Shown here piece after piece: positions 30,001 to 41,903 of a DNA stretch of 64,000 nt. Each line of letters begins with the position of its first letter. Position 1 is the first letter of the stretch. The notes below the pieces were generated by a model, which saw nothing but the letters and a program-made list of their open reading frames with translations, did not search any database and was not told the DNA's origin. The stretch is from Lytechinus pictus (lineage: Eukaryota), in NCBI RefSeq assembly GCF_037042905.1, contig NC_087246.1, positions 6,388,001 to 6,452,000 on the forward strand. Direction: 5' to 3'. The translations under genes and the position numbers were made by a program.

Positions 30001-32518
30001 CTGCCAGTAGATGATCATACCACATGATATTTATAATAATTGACATAACGAATCGTTGTTAGTGACTTTAGTCCCTTATAATTATATCTAGAGAGAAAAC
30101 ATATTTATGCGGTTTTATAATTAAATGCTGAAGTCACGTAAAGATTCCCTTTTTAGGCGAAGCCCGTCAAGATCTCATGGAGTTCTTTGAATCACGATTA
30201 ATCTATAAGTACCCTATTTCATGTTTTAAGGCACTGTTATATGTCTATTAATAATGTTTATTTCTTCCGATACATTCTTACCATATGTTTCCCCATTTCG
30301 ATCTCGGACTTTTTTAACTAATGTATAATATTGCGAAAGTTGTATGTATTTTAATGATGAAAAGAATAAGGTACAACTGTAAAATTTACGATTATTGTAA
30401 ATTTGGAAAAAAAGAGAAAATTACATGAATCGAAGTGATTTGATTGAGTCCTATTTGATTTAATTAACTTAAGCAATTGGTGGTTTATTATAAGGGAATA
30501 GTAGATGCATTGCTACTCCATACATGGACATGGTTGAAAAGGGTAAATAAATTGTATATAAAAAAGATAAAAATACAAATCTGAGGATATGTCAGATCGA
30601 TTTTTTTCTTCCAAATATTGAATTTCAACCTTGATAAAGAGATCATTTGTCTCCGATGTTCATAATGTATGATAATTTCATCGAATCAATTACTTATCTT
30701 TCTGTTCGGTTATTCGGTTGCTTTGAAGATAAAACTTTCACAAGTGATGATGCAACGTATTCATATTTGTAAGTGATGGAATATTTTGGGAGAACGCAAA
30801 AGGAGAGCGAAAAACAGATGCCCCCCCCCAAAAAAAAAAAAAAAAAAAAAAAAAAAACACTTCTAACTGCGATGGCTTGTGCATTCTAACAGTTAAGAAA
30901 TTAATCAAATAATATATTTCTGTAAAAAAATAAAATAAAATTCATCATTTTGCCAGTGCCCCCAAAGAAAATGTACCAATGCTGCCCCTGCATATTTTGA
31001 TACCCGTTTCAAATGGTTCTCTATATGCTCTTTTGATCCACGTTAAGATAAATTATTGTCATAATATCTTTTCATTGTAACAACAATCATACGTTTATGA
31101 ATTTATTCTATACATCTATTAAAAACAGAATGGGGATATTTTATTCAGAAAGACCCGTACAAATTTCCGATCTAAATGAATGATTTTAAACTATAATCAA
31201 CAACTTACTTCAAACGCAAAGTTTATTTTTTTATTGATTTTGATTATTAATTACAAATGTTGAAACTCAACAAATAAGTATTTGACACTATTTACACCTT
31301 TAATTAAAAACTGTGGTACCATTAAAAGTCTTTATAAATTTTATTTTCCGTGTTCTTGCCCTTTCCGAATTGCATCATTTCCATAAATTTAATTCAACGA
31401 ATACTCAATTTGAACAGGAAATAAAAGTTATCACCCCAAGATTGGCAATCAAACCTTATCATCAGCCACTAATCACTTGCTCTCTATTGGACTTTACATA
31501 GTTCCAAATCAACTTACCGTTCTAATTGGGACCAGTGGTCATTGTGAAACAGCTTAGGCAAACATTTGTGCTTGTATTCAAATAAATGTGGCATATGTCC
31601 TCTTAGACAAGAGAATGTTTGAGGAATGTTAATTAAACCAAGGGGTGCTACGGCACATTGATTGGTAAGAGCACGACTTCTTGCATAAAACTTCGAAGAC
31701 GAGAATGTTGACAGCTTTTTATGGGAAAGGAAATCTTGCAAGTGCACTTGAAACCGGCAATATTTGCATGACGTCTTGTTTCCTTTTTTATTTCTGTGTT
31801 TTGTTTTATTTCGCTTCATGTTTTTGCTCGTTTTACTGATTAAAGTGTGTATAGGAATAGTTATGAATATAATCGTTGTTAACATCTTCTTTTTTTTTTG
31901 AAAAGGGAGATGTTAAATTGATTCACATACCATATTACACCCACCTTACCCCTCACTGACCCTGTTCCCACCCCTCTCTCCCTCTCTACCACCCTCCCTC
32001 TCTCTCTCTCTCTCCCTCTTTTCTATTTCTTGCCATTTTTCACTCCCTCTGCTCCCTCTCTATCTTGTTCATGTTTTGTCATTCGGATGTGGTGGTGTAG
32101 GAGTGTTAATATATATATATATATATATTTGATAATTCTTTCATGTCTCTCTCAAAATGCTCCTTCATTTCCACTCCGACCAAGATTCATTCCTTCATCT
32201 TATCCCGTTATCTTTCTTGTTTTTAAAACAATAATTGACATCACTCATTTGGCCTTGGCATTATTGCAAAATTAATTGGATACATAGATAGGGAGGCGGA
32301 TGACCTTAGCGAGAAACTACGTTGGTAAGCTCGGGACAGGTGTTTGGCTTATTAATATTATTGATAGATGGGGGTAACTCTCAAGTCACGAACAATGCAA
32401 AACATATATCATGTAGATAGATAGAAAAGAGAGAGAAAGAGAGATAGAGAGAAAGCTTAGGCATTGAAGGATTACCAGAAAGAGTGAAGCATAATTTAAG
32501 GATTTGAAATTAATTTAA

Positions 32519-33116
32519 AGGGGTACTCCGAACTGAATGTGATATGATTTGAAGGTTAAGAAAAATCAGACAAACAGAACACTGAAAATTTGATCAAAAT
32601 CAGACAAAGAATAACAAAGTTGTGGCATTTTTAAAGATTTGCATTATTCCAGTGAAACAGTTCTAGGCATGTCTTCATGAATATTCAATGAGCAAACTGA
32701 TGATGTCATATCCCCGCTTGTTCTTTTGTATCTTATCATGTGAAATTAGGTTTATTTAAATATTTTCCTCCAAGAACTTTCATAAATTGGATTGACACTG
32801 ATTTAGTACATTAGATATTCATTGCTGCAACTTATTTCATGAGAAGGGAGACATATCATTTACACATGTAAAAAAAAATGAAACGATTATGATTTCATTT
32901 AAAAACGTAAGAAAAGGGAAAGTGGGGATGTGAAATCACAAGCCCACCTGATGAATATTCATGACGACGTGTATATTATTGTTTTCATAATATATTGCTA
33001 AACTTTAAAATTCAATAAACTTCGCTATTTGATACCAGATTTTGATGAATTTTTTAGCGTTTTGCTCTGTTAATTTTACTCTATTTATTCAGATATAAAT
33101 ATTTCAGCCCGGAGTA
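32519..33116. mobile_element. Second copy of the Kolobok-like MITE family, inverted relative to 14947-15552, right end eroded
   Basis: TTAA|AGGGGTACTCCG..; shared internal blocks (GAAACAGTTCTAGGCATGTCTT, GAATATTCA, AGCCCACCT); ends ..TTCAGCCCGGAGTA. Confidence 0.8.
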
Positions 33117-35629
33117 ATATAGAGGGATGGGAAGGGAATAATCAGTATGAGATGGGTGAACGGAGAGAGATGGATACCGAGTTCGAGAGGTACAGGCTTA
33201 TAAAAAGAACAATAGTTCTGTCAACAATAAAAAGTGCTGCCTAATGAAAGCTGGAAAACATGAAATCTACATAAGATATCAAATGATTGAAACCTGGATG
33301 ATATAGAGGATAGAGAAGAAGGGAGACGGGAGAGGGTTTTGATTAGACAACAATTACACATAGGTCATGACCTCAACATTTCCAGCCGTTGCGATGACGT
33401 TGAAACGCATCGAAAATGTGACGTCATTCATGAAGTGGAATCATATAGAGTTGTTTGTAATCAATAGAATACCGCTTGATGATTCGGGACAAGATCAAAC
33501 CATCTGTTCTTTGTTGTGTGTTATTTATTGTATAATTGTTTGCTTGGGTTGTTTACGAAATCACATACTGAAGAATGCATAGTGAGTAAGATGAAATAAA
33601 ATAAAAGAAACAGAATGGCTGCGGTTTGATGAGAAAGAAGAGAAGTGGAAAAGAGAAACAGAGATAGAGATGAGATAGAGTAATTAAAGATTAAATCGAA
33701 ACGAATGGCATAATAGATGACCTATGCTTGCATGGCATTCATTGTAATAAAGAGTTTTGTCAGATACGTCATTATAATTGCCAATCATGTTGCTAATTAG
33801 ATTTATTAATCGATTGATTGACCTGTGAAAGCTTTGTCACATTCGTTGCAGACAATTATTTTCATACTCGTTGCATGGTATACACAGAACAGATGGTTAT
33901 AACATGGATTATTGGCATTTTCAAAAGAGAACTTAAATATGCATACACCAGTATTCGTGACGTCATAATGTATATGTTCACGATGAAGAACAGAGTTATA
34001 TTCTATGTTCCTTATATAATCCTCCAGAGTTTTTTCTCAATATGAAATGACAAGAAAACTAAATTGATCAAGTGTTGTCGCTTATCATGAAGCATGAAAT
34101 CGGCCAAACAAAAGTAAATATATATATATATATAACAATAAATAAATTTTAAATCAAAAATTTGCATCATTGTACGTGCCAATGTATCAAAAGTATAAAT
34201 TGGGATAAAATAACATGCAAACTTACAAATAGCAAATTTTAATGTAAAACAGTATAGCAAAAAAAGTTATAACAATTCAAGAAGGTAAAACAATATTAAA
34301 ATGATGAATTGTTGTGTATAGGGCCTATTCATCACACACTGAGTGTTTTCTCACTAATTCGTTAAGAGTTTCATTCTGATTATTCATTAATCATTCTTTC
34401 GTTCTTCATTGATTACTATAATTATTCAGGTGTAGGATCCTATTATTTCAGTCATTAAACTTAGAAGAATCCGCGTTTTGAACTGACGAACGTCACTTAG
34501 AGCTGGTAGACCGACACACTTCTTAAATGTAGAGTGAGATAGTAAAAGACAAGATGGAGGAAAAAAATATCGGGGAGAGGTATATTTCGAGTGGAGATGG
34601 AAAGCTGTGGTTACTCTTCTAACTCCTTAAAATCAATGAAAATGTTTCCATCAGAACTCTCCATCCTCCTAAACCCTAAACTATGGTATTGTTTTAATCA
34701 GAGGTGCATGTGACTGCGAATGATGGCAGGCGATTGATTGCTTAACACTTACCAAGAATTCCCACCGGACCATAGACAGACAACCCAGTAATTAATTGAT
34801 AACGTTTACTCAACGACCATAAGAGTATAGAGAGGATGAGTATGTTTGAGGGGTGTGTGGTGTTATCAGATTATCTAACCTGGCTGGAGGATTTTAAGTG
34901 GGATGGTGGCTACCTCCCTCTCGACAAAACCAGTACAAAGTTGCCTAATACTAGTTTCATTGTACTATAAAAACCAAACCTCTATCCCATACTAACCAGA
35001 AATAGACGAGCGTGTTAACTTATTATGACAACTGAATATTAAACACATTTACAGTAATTTGTAGATATGAAAAATTACCGAAAATTCATTCATCTTTAAA
35101 AAAATATCTCTGGATATTATTCGTTTTCATATATCTACAATTTCAATTGCATCGCATTTCGAATAGAAATTGTCAATTTGATTTCAGCTATAAGATACAA
35201 GATGTCCAGTTTCTTATATAACATCTCCCCCTTTTCCGTTCTTTTTTTGGGGGTTGGTCTTCTTGGACTTTTCCCCCTTTCTTTAAGCTTATCATACTGC
35301 TTTTACCAGACGCAAGGTATCGTTGGCCAGATTTTAAGTGCTGGTGTATATGCTGCTAAGATGGAGAGAAGGGGCGGGACAGAGTCACCGTCGTTCTTTG
35401 ATATAGAAAGAAAACGGATTTTGCCCTCATGCCAGTAAAACAAAATGAAGGGGAGGGGTGGGTTGTGAGAGTGAGTGAGAGATAAAGAGAGGGAGAGGGG
35501 GGAGGGGAGTAAAAATCACGTCACAGTCTCCTCTTTGACTACAATCTGTTACTTCCGAATTGTAGTGATTTTTTTGACAATATGAAGGCTCAGATCACAA
35601 AGTCATTGTAAATGCGAAAATACACTTCA

Positions 35630-36315
35630 AGGTGTAGGGAAGTGATAACGATTGGAAATTTCAGGCAAATCGGACACTCTTAAAAACGTTGGGCAACATA
35701 CGGTCCACACAACAATTGGTTAAAACATTATCCAACTCTGGGTAGTTTTCAACCAATACTGTGTAGTTTTCACCAAAAGCACACATTATTGGTTTAAAGC
35801 TACTCAGAATTTGATAAAGTTTTAACCAATTGTTGTGTGGACCGTATGTTGCCCAACGTTTTTAAGAGTGGATGCAAACTTTAAAAAAAAGTTGTGATGT
35901 TATTTTGTTTCGCTTCTTTACATAAAATATTATATGCACATCATGGATGGTATGCAGATGAGTGAATCGACGTCGACACAAACAATCACTTTTATTTAAC
36001 ACTTGGATTCACTCATAAAACAAAATTGTAAATTATTATTGTCGTGATTTATTATGATTTGGTGGAGACCTTCGATGTCTTCAAATCTACAATCATGTAT
36101 GAAAATAAATAAAATAGTAATTGTGTGTGTGACGCCATCTGCTCCCTCATTTGCATACTCACCATGAAAGCTGATAAAGCTGAAAATGAAAGCTGATATT
36201 AAAAATGCCGTAACTTTAGTTCACATCCGATTTTGATTTGAATTTCAGTGTTATTCTGAGTTTTGTTTGTCCTAATTGTACAATTTGACTTATTGTTGAG
36301 GTGGACTTGGCCTTT
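35630..36315. mobile_element. Decayed Kolobok-like MITE (related to 46595-47182)
   Basis: Shared motifs GAAATTTCA..AAATCGGATG, CTCATTTGCATAC, ACATCCGATTTTGAT and right end TTGTTGAGGTGGACTTGGCCTTT. Confidence 0.6.
35675..35870. mobile_element. CACTA/EnSpm-like palindromic MITE nested in an older Kolobok-like copy
   Basis: GA|CACTCTTAAAAACGTTGGGCAACATACGGTCCACACAACAATTGGTTAAAA...perfect reverse complement..AAGAGTG|GA; 2-bp GA duplication. Confidence 0.88.
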
Positions 36316-36679
36316 CTGACTTCATTCAACGGTAACCAGATTGAGCTCAGAATGTTTATATTATCGGGGAAAATGTTGAGTATTGTATTTACCAACGTTT
36401 TCCACACTGGCAGTTTCGTGCATATCAATTGAATATGGTTCCATGTCTTTCATATCAGCTTAGAATTGTCTTTATGAACTCTCGGAAGATAGCAGGTTCG
36501 AGGTTTCTGAAAAGTTGTTTATTCATGTTTGTATACCTCTCTTCCTAGCAGACGCGGTAACATATTTGAAGAGATGTGATGCATGGATCAATTCTACCAT
36601 TTCGAATCACTTCTAGAAGAATACTAACAAGAGACTGTCAAATATCCTCCGTGCACTGCATCCTCAATCATGTCTAAAT

Positions 36680-37620
36680 ATTGTAAACACCAATAAATCA
36701 ACATCCGTGTCGCCCTTAGCAACCATAGAATTCTCTTTCAGTCTTCATCCATACACTTTGAACTCTAAACGCAGATGGAATCCATGAAAATGTATCAAAA
36801 TGGAAGAAATAGAGATGGCACGGTGTTTAATAAGAAATGCCACTGGCATAAGGCCTATCAATAACATCCTTCATTAGACAGAAAACATTCAGAATGTCAG
36901 AATCTGAAAAGCGACTTACAATGGATGGTTGCAAGAAAATGGTGTTGTATTTCTAGACTTTTCAATCATGGCAACTTAGCTGAAAAAATAGGCGATACCC
37001 GTCATGTATTGGAATTAAATCGAACTTAGTACTTATATCAAAAAGATTTTTAATCTTCGGATTAATACATGGCTTTTAAATAAAAGCTTTAGTTGATCTC
37101 CAACAGAGTCAACTCAACAGGCAGTAATATAAGGATAAGGCCTATAATCATGGTCATGGAGAAACGAGATAAAAAACAAATGGCCATCTTAGAGATAAGA
37201 GTCAAGCGTGTTTTCATCTTATTGTGAGGGAGATAGGAAAAATGTGAAATTTTATAGAGGTGGTATAAAATACGTGCAGTAATAGTGAATCATCAATCAT
37301 CACCATTGGGTGGAATAAGATCACGAAGAGTGGTCCAGCGTTTGCATTTTCCATAGCAACGACTCCACCTGGGCACTCATGATTAGAGATCATCATAGCA
37401 ACGGAAGGATGGAGGAGGTACCTGGTGTGACGGATGAAGTGGAAATTCTTTGAGGGTGCCATCGAATGATAGAAGAGAGAAAACTCATTTATCACCTGCC
37501 AAAATAAATGACACTTCATCACAAACACGATGGAGAAAAAGATAAATAATGCGGAGTTAGGCTTCATACAGAAATCACTGCAATGTGGTTGCCAGTAACA
37601 GCCCCCCGCCCTATCCCCCC

Positions 37621-37656
<36 letters not shown>

Positions 37657-37660
37657 CGTT
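36680..37660. promoter_or_regulatory. Candidate ciliary enhancer or promoter: cluster of RFX X-box-like motifs plus a forkhead site
   Basis: GTCGCCCTTAGCAAC 36709, CATGGCAAC 36967, TTTTCCATAGCAAC 37347, CATAGCAAC 37394, GTTGCCAGTAAC 37588; TGTAAACA 36682; poly-C and (CT)n tract at ~37615-37657. Confidence 0.4.
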
Positions 37661-37688
37661 CTCCTGACTCCAACACACTTCCCCTCTA

Positions 37689-38667
37689 CAGTGCGTATCG
37701 AAAAAAAGTTTACACTTAGAAAAAATCCTGTAAAATTATACATTTGTCCTGAAGATTTTTCCACATTTTAACATTGGTACAGATCCATTTAAGCAAATGA
37801 CGATATAACTGTCGAAAAATATTTCCGCTTGAGTGAGCACCACTTACTTTTGAAAAGTTAGTGAAAAATGATTTGCGCAGAACTTTGAAATAGTTATGCG
37901 ATTAAAAGTAAACCTTAATCATGAAGAACACGTGGAATTTAGCTAGTAAAATGGATTTGAAAATATGTTTACTTTTTTTAACATGTTTCCTTGCCCAAAA
38001 CACTTCGAAGTGTGCATTGCGTCCCACCCCACCCCCCCCCCACACCCAGTCCATCGTGACGATATTTGCTTTACACTGAGCTGTGATTTACATGAAATAG
38101 CTTAGGCTTGATTTTTATTTTGTTGATCATTTTCAAGCTTGGAAAAAGTGTGGAGAAACAAGTAATAAATAGAAAATGAAATGTAAACCCACTTTAAATG
38201 ATAAAAACTTATTAAAAAAATACTGGAGATGTCTGATAAAAACTTTTGTTCAGATTCAGTCATGTCCTCAGATCCAGCTGGCACAAAAAGGGTTAAGGTT
38301 GTGCTTACTAAGTGTTGAAATTTTAATTTGGGTGGCAAAATTGTTACAAAATGCTTGAATGTATCCGTTTTATTTCAATTGACTAAGTGCAAGGGAAATA
38401 TATGAGAAATGTTTCGCAGGGTAAGTTTGATTTCGCCCTTTCCCCTGACACAGCATGAAAGCAAGCATTTCTGTGCAAACAGATTTCTGCGAGCTTCACA
38501 AAAATGGACAGTGCTCACTCAAGTGTAACATTCTGTCATAACTTTTACTTTCATTGGATAGATGAGACCCAAACCCAATAATATAAGTGAAAAGATTACC
38601 CACATGTTGTATATTTTTTAATTCCCGGGGCTTTTTTAAAGTGTAAACTTTTTTTTGATACGCACTG
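37689..38667. mobile_element. Non-autonomous Tc1/mariner-type DNA transposon (~980 bp)
   Basis: TA|CAGTGCGTATCGAAAAAAAGTTTACACTT...AAGTGTAAACTTTTTTTTGATACGCACTG|TA; inner inverted motif TTGAGTGAGCAC/GTGCTCACTCAA; no transposase ORF. Confidence 0.88.
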
Positions 38668-40721
38668 TAGTCTATCCTTCCCTCTCTTCCTCCTCTTTAC
38701 TTTCATAACCTACTTATTCATATTTCAGGTTTTGTCTTTCTTTGACACATCCCCTTAGTCTCATTGTAAACACTCTTTCATTTCTTTTTGTAATCTTTAC
38801 TCTATGTAATATTACAAGAGGCCATAGTTTTTGGTTGAAGATCATTACAAAACATACTATGGCCCCATTTCCATTCGTTTTTAGTAATAAAATACATTAA
38901 AAGTCAAGTAGATGCAGATTTAAAATCTCCCTGAGAGTTTCTGTACTAGAGCAGTACAATACAAAACACTTACACATGCTTTGAATGAGTTTTAATATTT
39001 ACATTGCTTTTGTACTTAAGTTCCAATGCCCTCATACGTTGGCTAAAAGAGCATGTCTTCCGGTTCTCTTTGTCTTTGACATAATGCTGTGTAGACTCCT
39101 ATTCAAAAGCATATCACAGAGAAAACCAATCTGAGATCGTACATATTTCTTTCACATCTCACATATTCCCTTTCTATTAAAATCAGCACAAGACAACCTC
39201 CCAGATGACATTAGTCTTGATTAAAACACAACATTTGAAACACGAAGCAGATTATTCTTTGCCAAAGGCTCATATCAATGAGCAAAAAAAAATCAGTAAC
39301 ACGAGTAAACACTTTTCTTCCTCCCAAATATGCTTTTGAAGAATGTATATACCAGAAGAAAAATGGGACAGCACGATTAATTTCTGTGAAAGTACATAGT
39401 GACACTCACATGGGATATTGGATGAAAAGAAAGTGTTTCAAGGCTTCTTCAAACATGGTGAATTCTTCTATTTTCTACAACAATCCTCCATTATATATAT
39501 TTCTTTATTTCAGACAACAATATTCCATTTTTTTACACGAGAATACCCCCAAAAAGAAAAAGCCTCCCACCTCAGTAACTTTGTTTTGTATTGTCCTATC
39601 CAACAGAGATTGAAGACATAAGCACTGGAGAGGATTGTAGTGTAAACAATCCTTAGTAAGGTATGAAACAATACAAATTTTAAAAACCCATCTTGAATGG
39701 ACAATGGTGCATCATTGTATAAATCATATTTTATTTCATGAACGGATTTATCATTTTATAGGAAGTTGTAAATTGATATACAATGTATACAGGGTATAAA
39801 GAGCATTCCAATAGCTCAAGAAATTATCTAAAATTATCCACAATGCATCACAATTTGAAATTTTGATTATTGAACATCATTTGTTGTCCTTTTAATTGAT
39901 ATTATTTATTACTTTTTTTTTCAATTTGGTTTTCAAGATCTAGGCTATGTTGTATGATCAAATCGAATGCAAAATTACAGTGAGGTTATAATATTATAAT
40001 ATTTTATAGATCATGCTTCCTTTTATGCTATCTCCTCCTCCCCTAACTTAAAACAACAGGAAAAGAAAACATAAAATTATGAAAATAGTATACACAAATC
40101 CATCAATAATATCAAATCTTTTAATTCTTGATTGATATATATATATACAGTTCATCACAACACACAGAAGAAAGTGGCAAATATTCATGAAATGCAAGTC
40201 AATAATACCAATATAACATTCTGACAATATACATCTGTCTTTCAATCCTCTCGTTATATTACATGCATGCTTATCAAGGTGTAAAATTTATCAATAAATA
40301 CAATTATCAATACAAATATGTATCTCAATGAGATGGATGCATGTGCATGCCTGGACGGATATCAATATAGTTATATAATGAAAGAAACAACATGTTTTAC
40401 TGCTTCATATGACATCTGCATCTGCTATGATATCCTTATATCATAGTCTAAGGCCTGCATCAACACAGTGGAATCTAAAATCATCTGCCTATTCACTGAA
40501 ATAAAATATACATATTTCTATGTTTAAATATAAATCCTTATTTATATAATTTACATTGTATTTACAATAGCATATCCCATGCAAGTTCTTGGTGAGTAAA
40601 GCTCATGTACAACTTCACTCAAACAAAATTTTCTGTGTTTAAAATGCACAAGGCCAGACAATCACATTCATGAACCCAGCTAATTACTACAATGCCCCCA
40701 AAATTGTAATTACTAACACTG

Positions 40722-40817
40722 TAAGAAATGCTTATTAAATGATGAATGTACTATAAACATTTACTAAAATATTGTAAATGTGTATGCTACATTTATTATT
40801 TAAATAAGCATTTCTTA
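40722..40817. repeat. Imperfect inverted repeat (hairpin 1) downstream of the CFAP251 stop
   Basis: TAAGAAATGCTTATTAAATGATGAATGTA..CATTTAC / GTAAATG..TACATTTATTATTTAAATAAGCATTTCTTA. Confidence 0.8.
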
Positions 40818-40821
40818 ATAT

Positions 40822-40960
40822 TGTATACCATAGTAATGAAGCCATTAAGAATATGAAATGTTATCATATTAATAGCTCTAGCACTACACATATTATGTAG
40901 AGTGCTAGAGCTATGGGATTACATTTCATACTCTTAATGGTTTCTTTACTATGGTATACA
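40822..40960. repeat. Imperfect inverted repeat (hairpin 2) downstream of the CFAP251 stop
   Basis: TGTATACCATAGTAA..CCATTAAGA..ATAGCTCTAGCACT / AGTGCTAGAGCTAT..TCTTAATGG..TTACTATGGTATACA. Confidence 0.88.
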
Positions 40961-41070
40961 TTTCTTTGCATTATATCTCATTTGTGAATTAGTTCTTATG
41001 ATCCTTTATATTATATTTTGTTTATTACTGTAATGGTGTGTTTTCTTTCAAAAGATAATGTATCTATTGT

Positions 41071-41220
41071 GCTGCACTTGACCCAGGTGAGGTTTAACAA
41101 ATTAATATTCAGCAGGATTAATTCCTTAAATGCAATGAGCGCTTGACGCAGAAGCTCAAGCTAAAGCTATAGTAAAATAATAATATTATAATACAGGTAT
41201 GCCTCTGAATTGATTACTTC
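41071..41220 (+). mobile_element. SINE 3' body fragment
   Basis: GCTGCACTTGACCCAGGTGAG..ATTCCTTAAATGC..GCTAAAGC, similar to 26620-26720(-) and 43078-43230. Confidence 0.5.
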
Positions 41221-41679
41221 AAGATAAATGATGCTATATCAAGTATACCATGGTTAAGTTAAATAAATAAAAGAAACAAACACACTGTCACATTGTTCTG
41301 GGATTATTTTCTCCTTTGTTTTCATTTATCTGTGTTCTATTTGATACTAGGTATCAAAATGCTTGAATTTTATGATAATCATGCTCTTAGGCAATCAAAC
41401 AACAACACTGCAGTAACTTGTACTTTGCTAATGATAGCATTTTGTCATAAACAAGGCCAGGAATTCAGAAAATTGGATGCAATGAAATATACACTTCAAC
41501 AATTTCAATGTTGCACTATATCTCTGACAAATCTGTGGTGTAATCCTCTCTTCAAAGGCATCCATCTTCGGTAATTGAACTGAATGTTTTGAGTTTTCAA
41601 GTCACAGGTTCTTCAATATTCTCTTATCCTTTATGTTACCATTAAGGGAAAATATTGATGATTATTAATCTCAAGTATC

Positions 41680-41903
41680 TTATGTTGGGCTGACTGTTCC
41701 TTCTGATGGCTCCACGGCTCCACCAAACCCTAAGAGCTCCATTGCAAACATCGAGGCAGTGATTCCTTCAGGTAAAGCTTCTTCCAAGATATCTTGAGCT
41801 CCAGCAGAGTCATAGCCTCCAAGTTCCGAGCTACCGCCCTCAGGGTTGACTCCTAGTAAGGTGGTCAGGTACTCCGCAACCTCTACCTCAGTCATGTGTT
41901 CTC
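41680..41903 (-). CDS. CFAP251: CFAP251 terminal coding exon 24 (GEHMTEVE...VSPT*)
   Basis: ttag| acceptor; open to TAA at 41680-41682. Confidence 0.92.

Noticed and set aside
37214..37678. 154-aa minus-strand ORF
   Set aside because: Starts in the (GA)n/poly-G tract, has no recognisable domain and uses a non-ATG start; better read as regulatory DNA.
37689..38667. Autonomous transposon or transposase gene
   Set aside because: Under 1 kb, with only short ORFs and no DDE/D motif.
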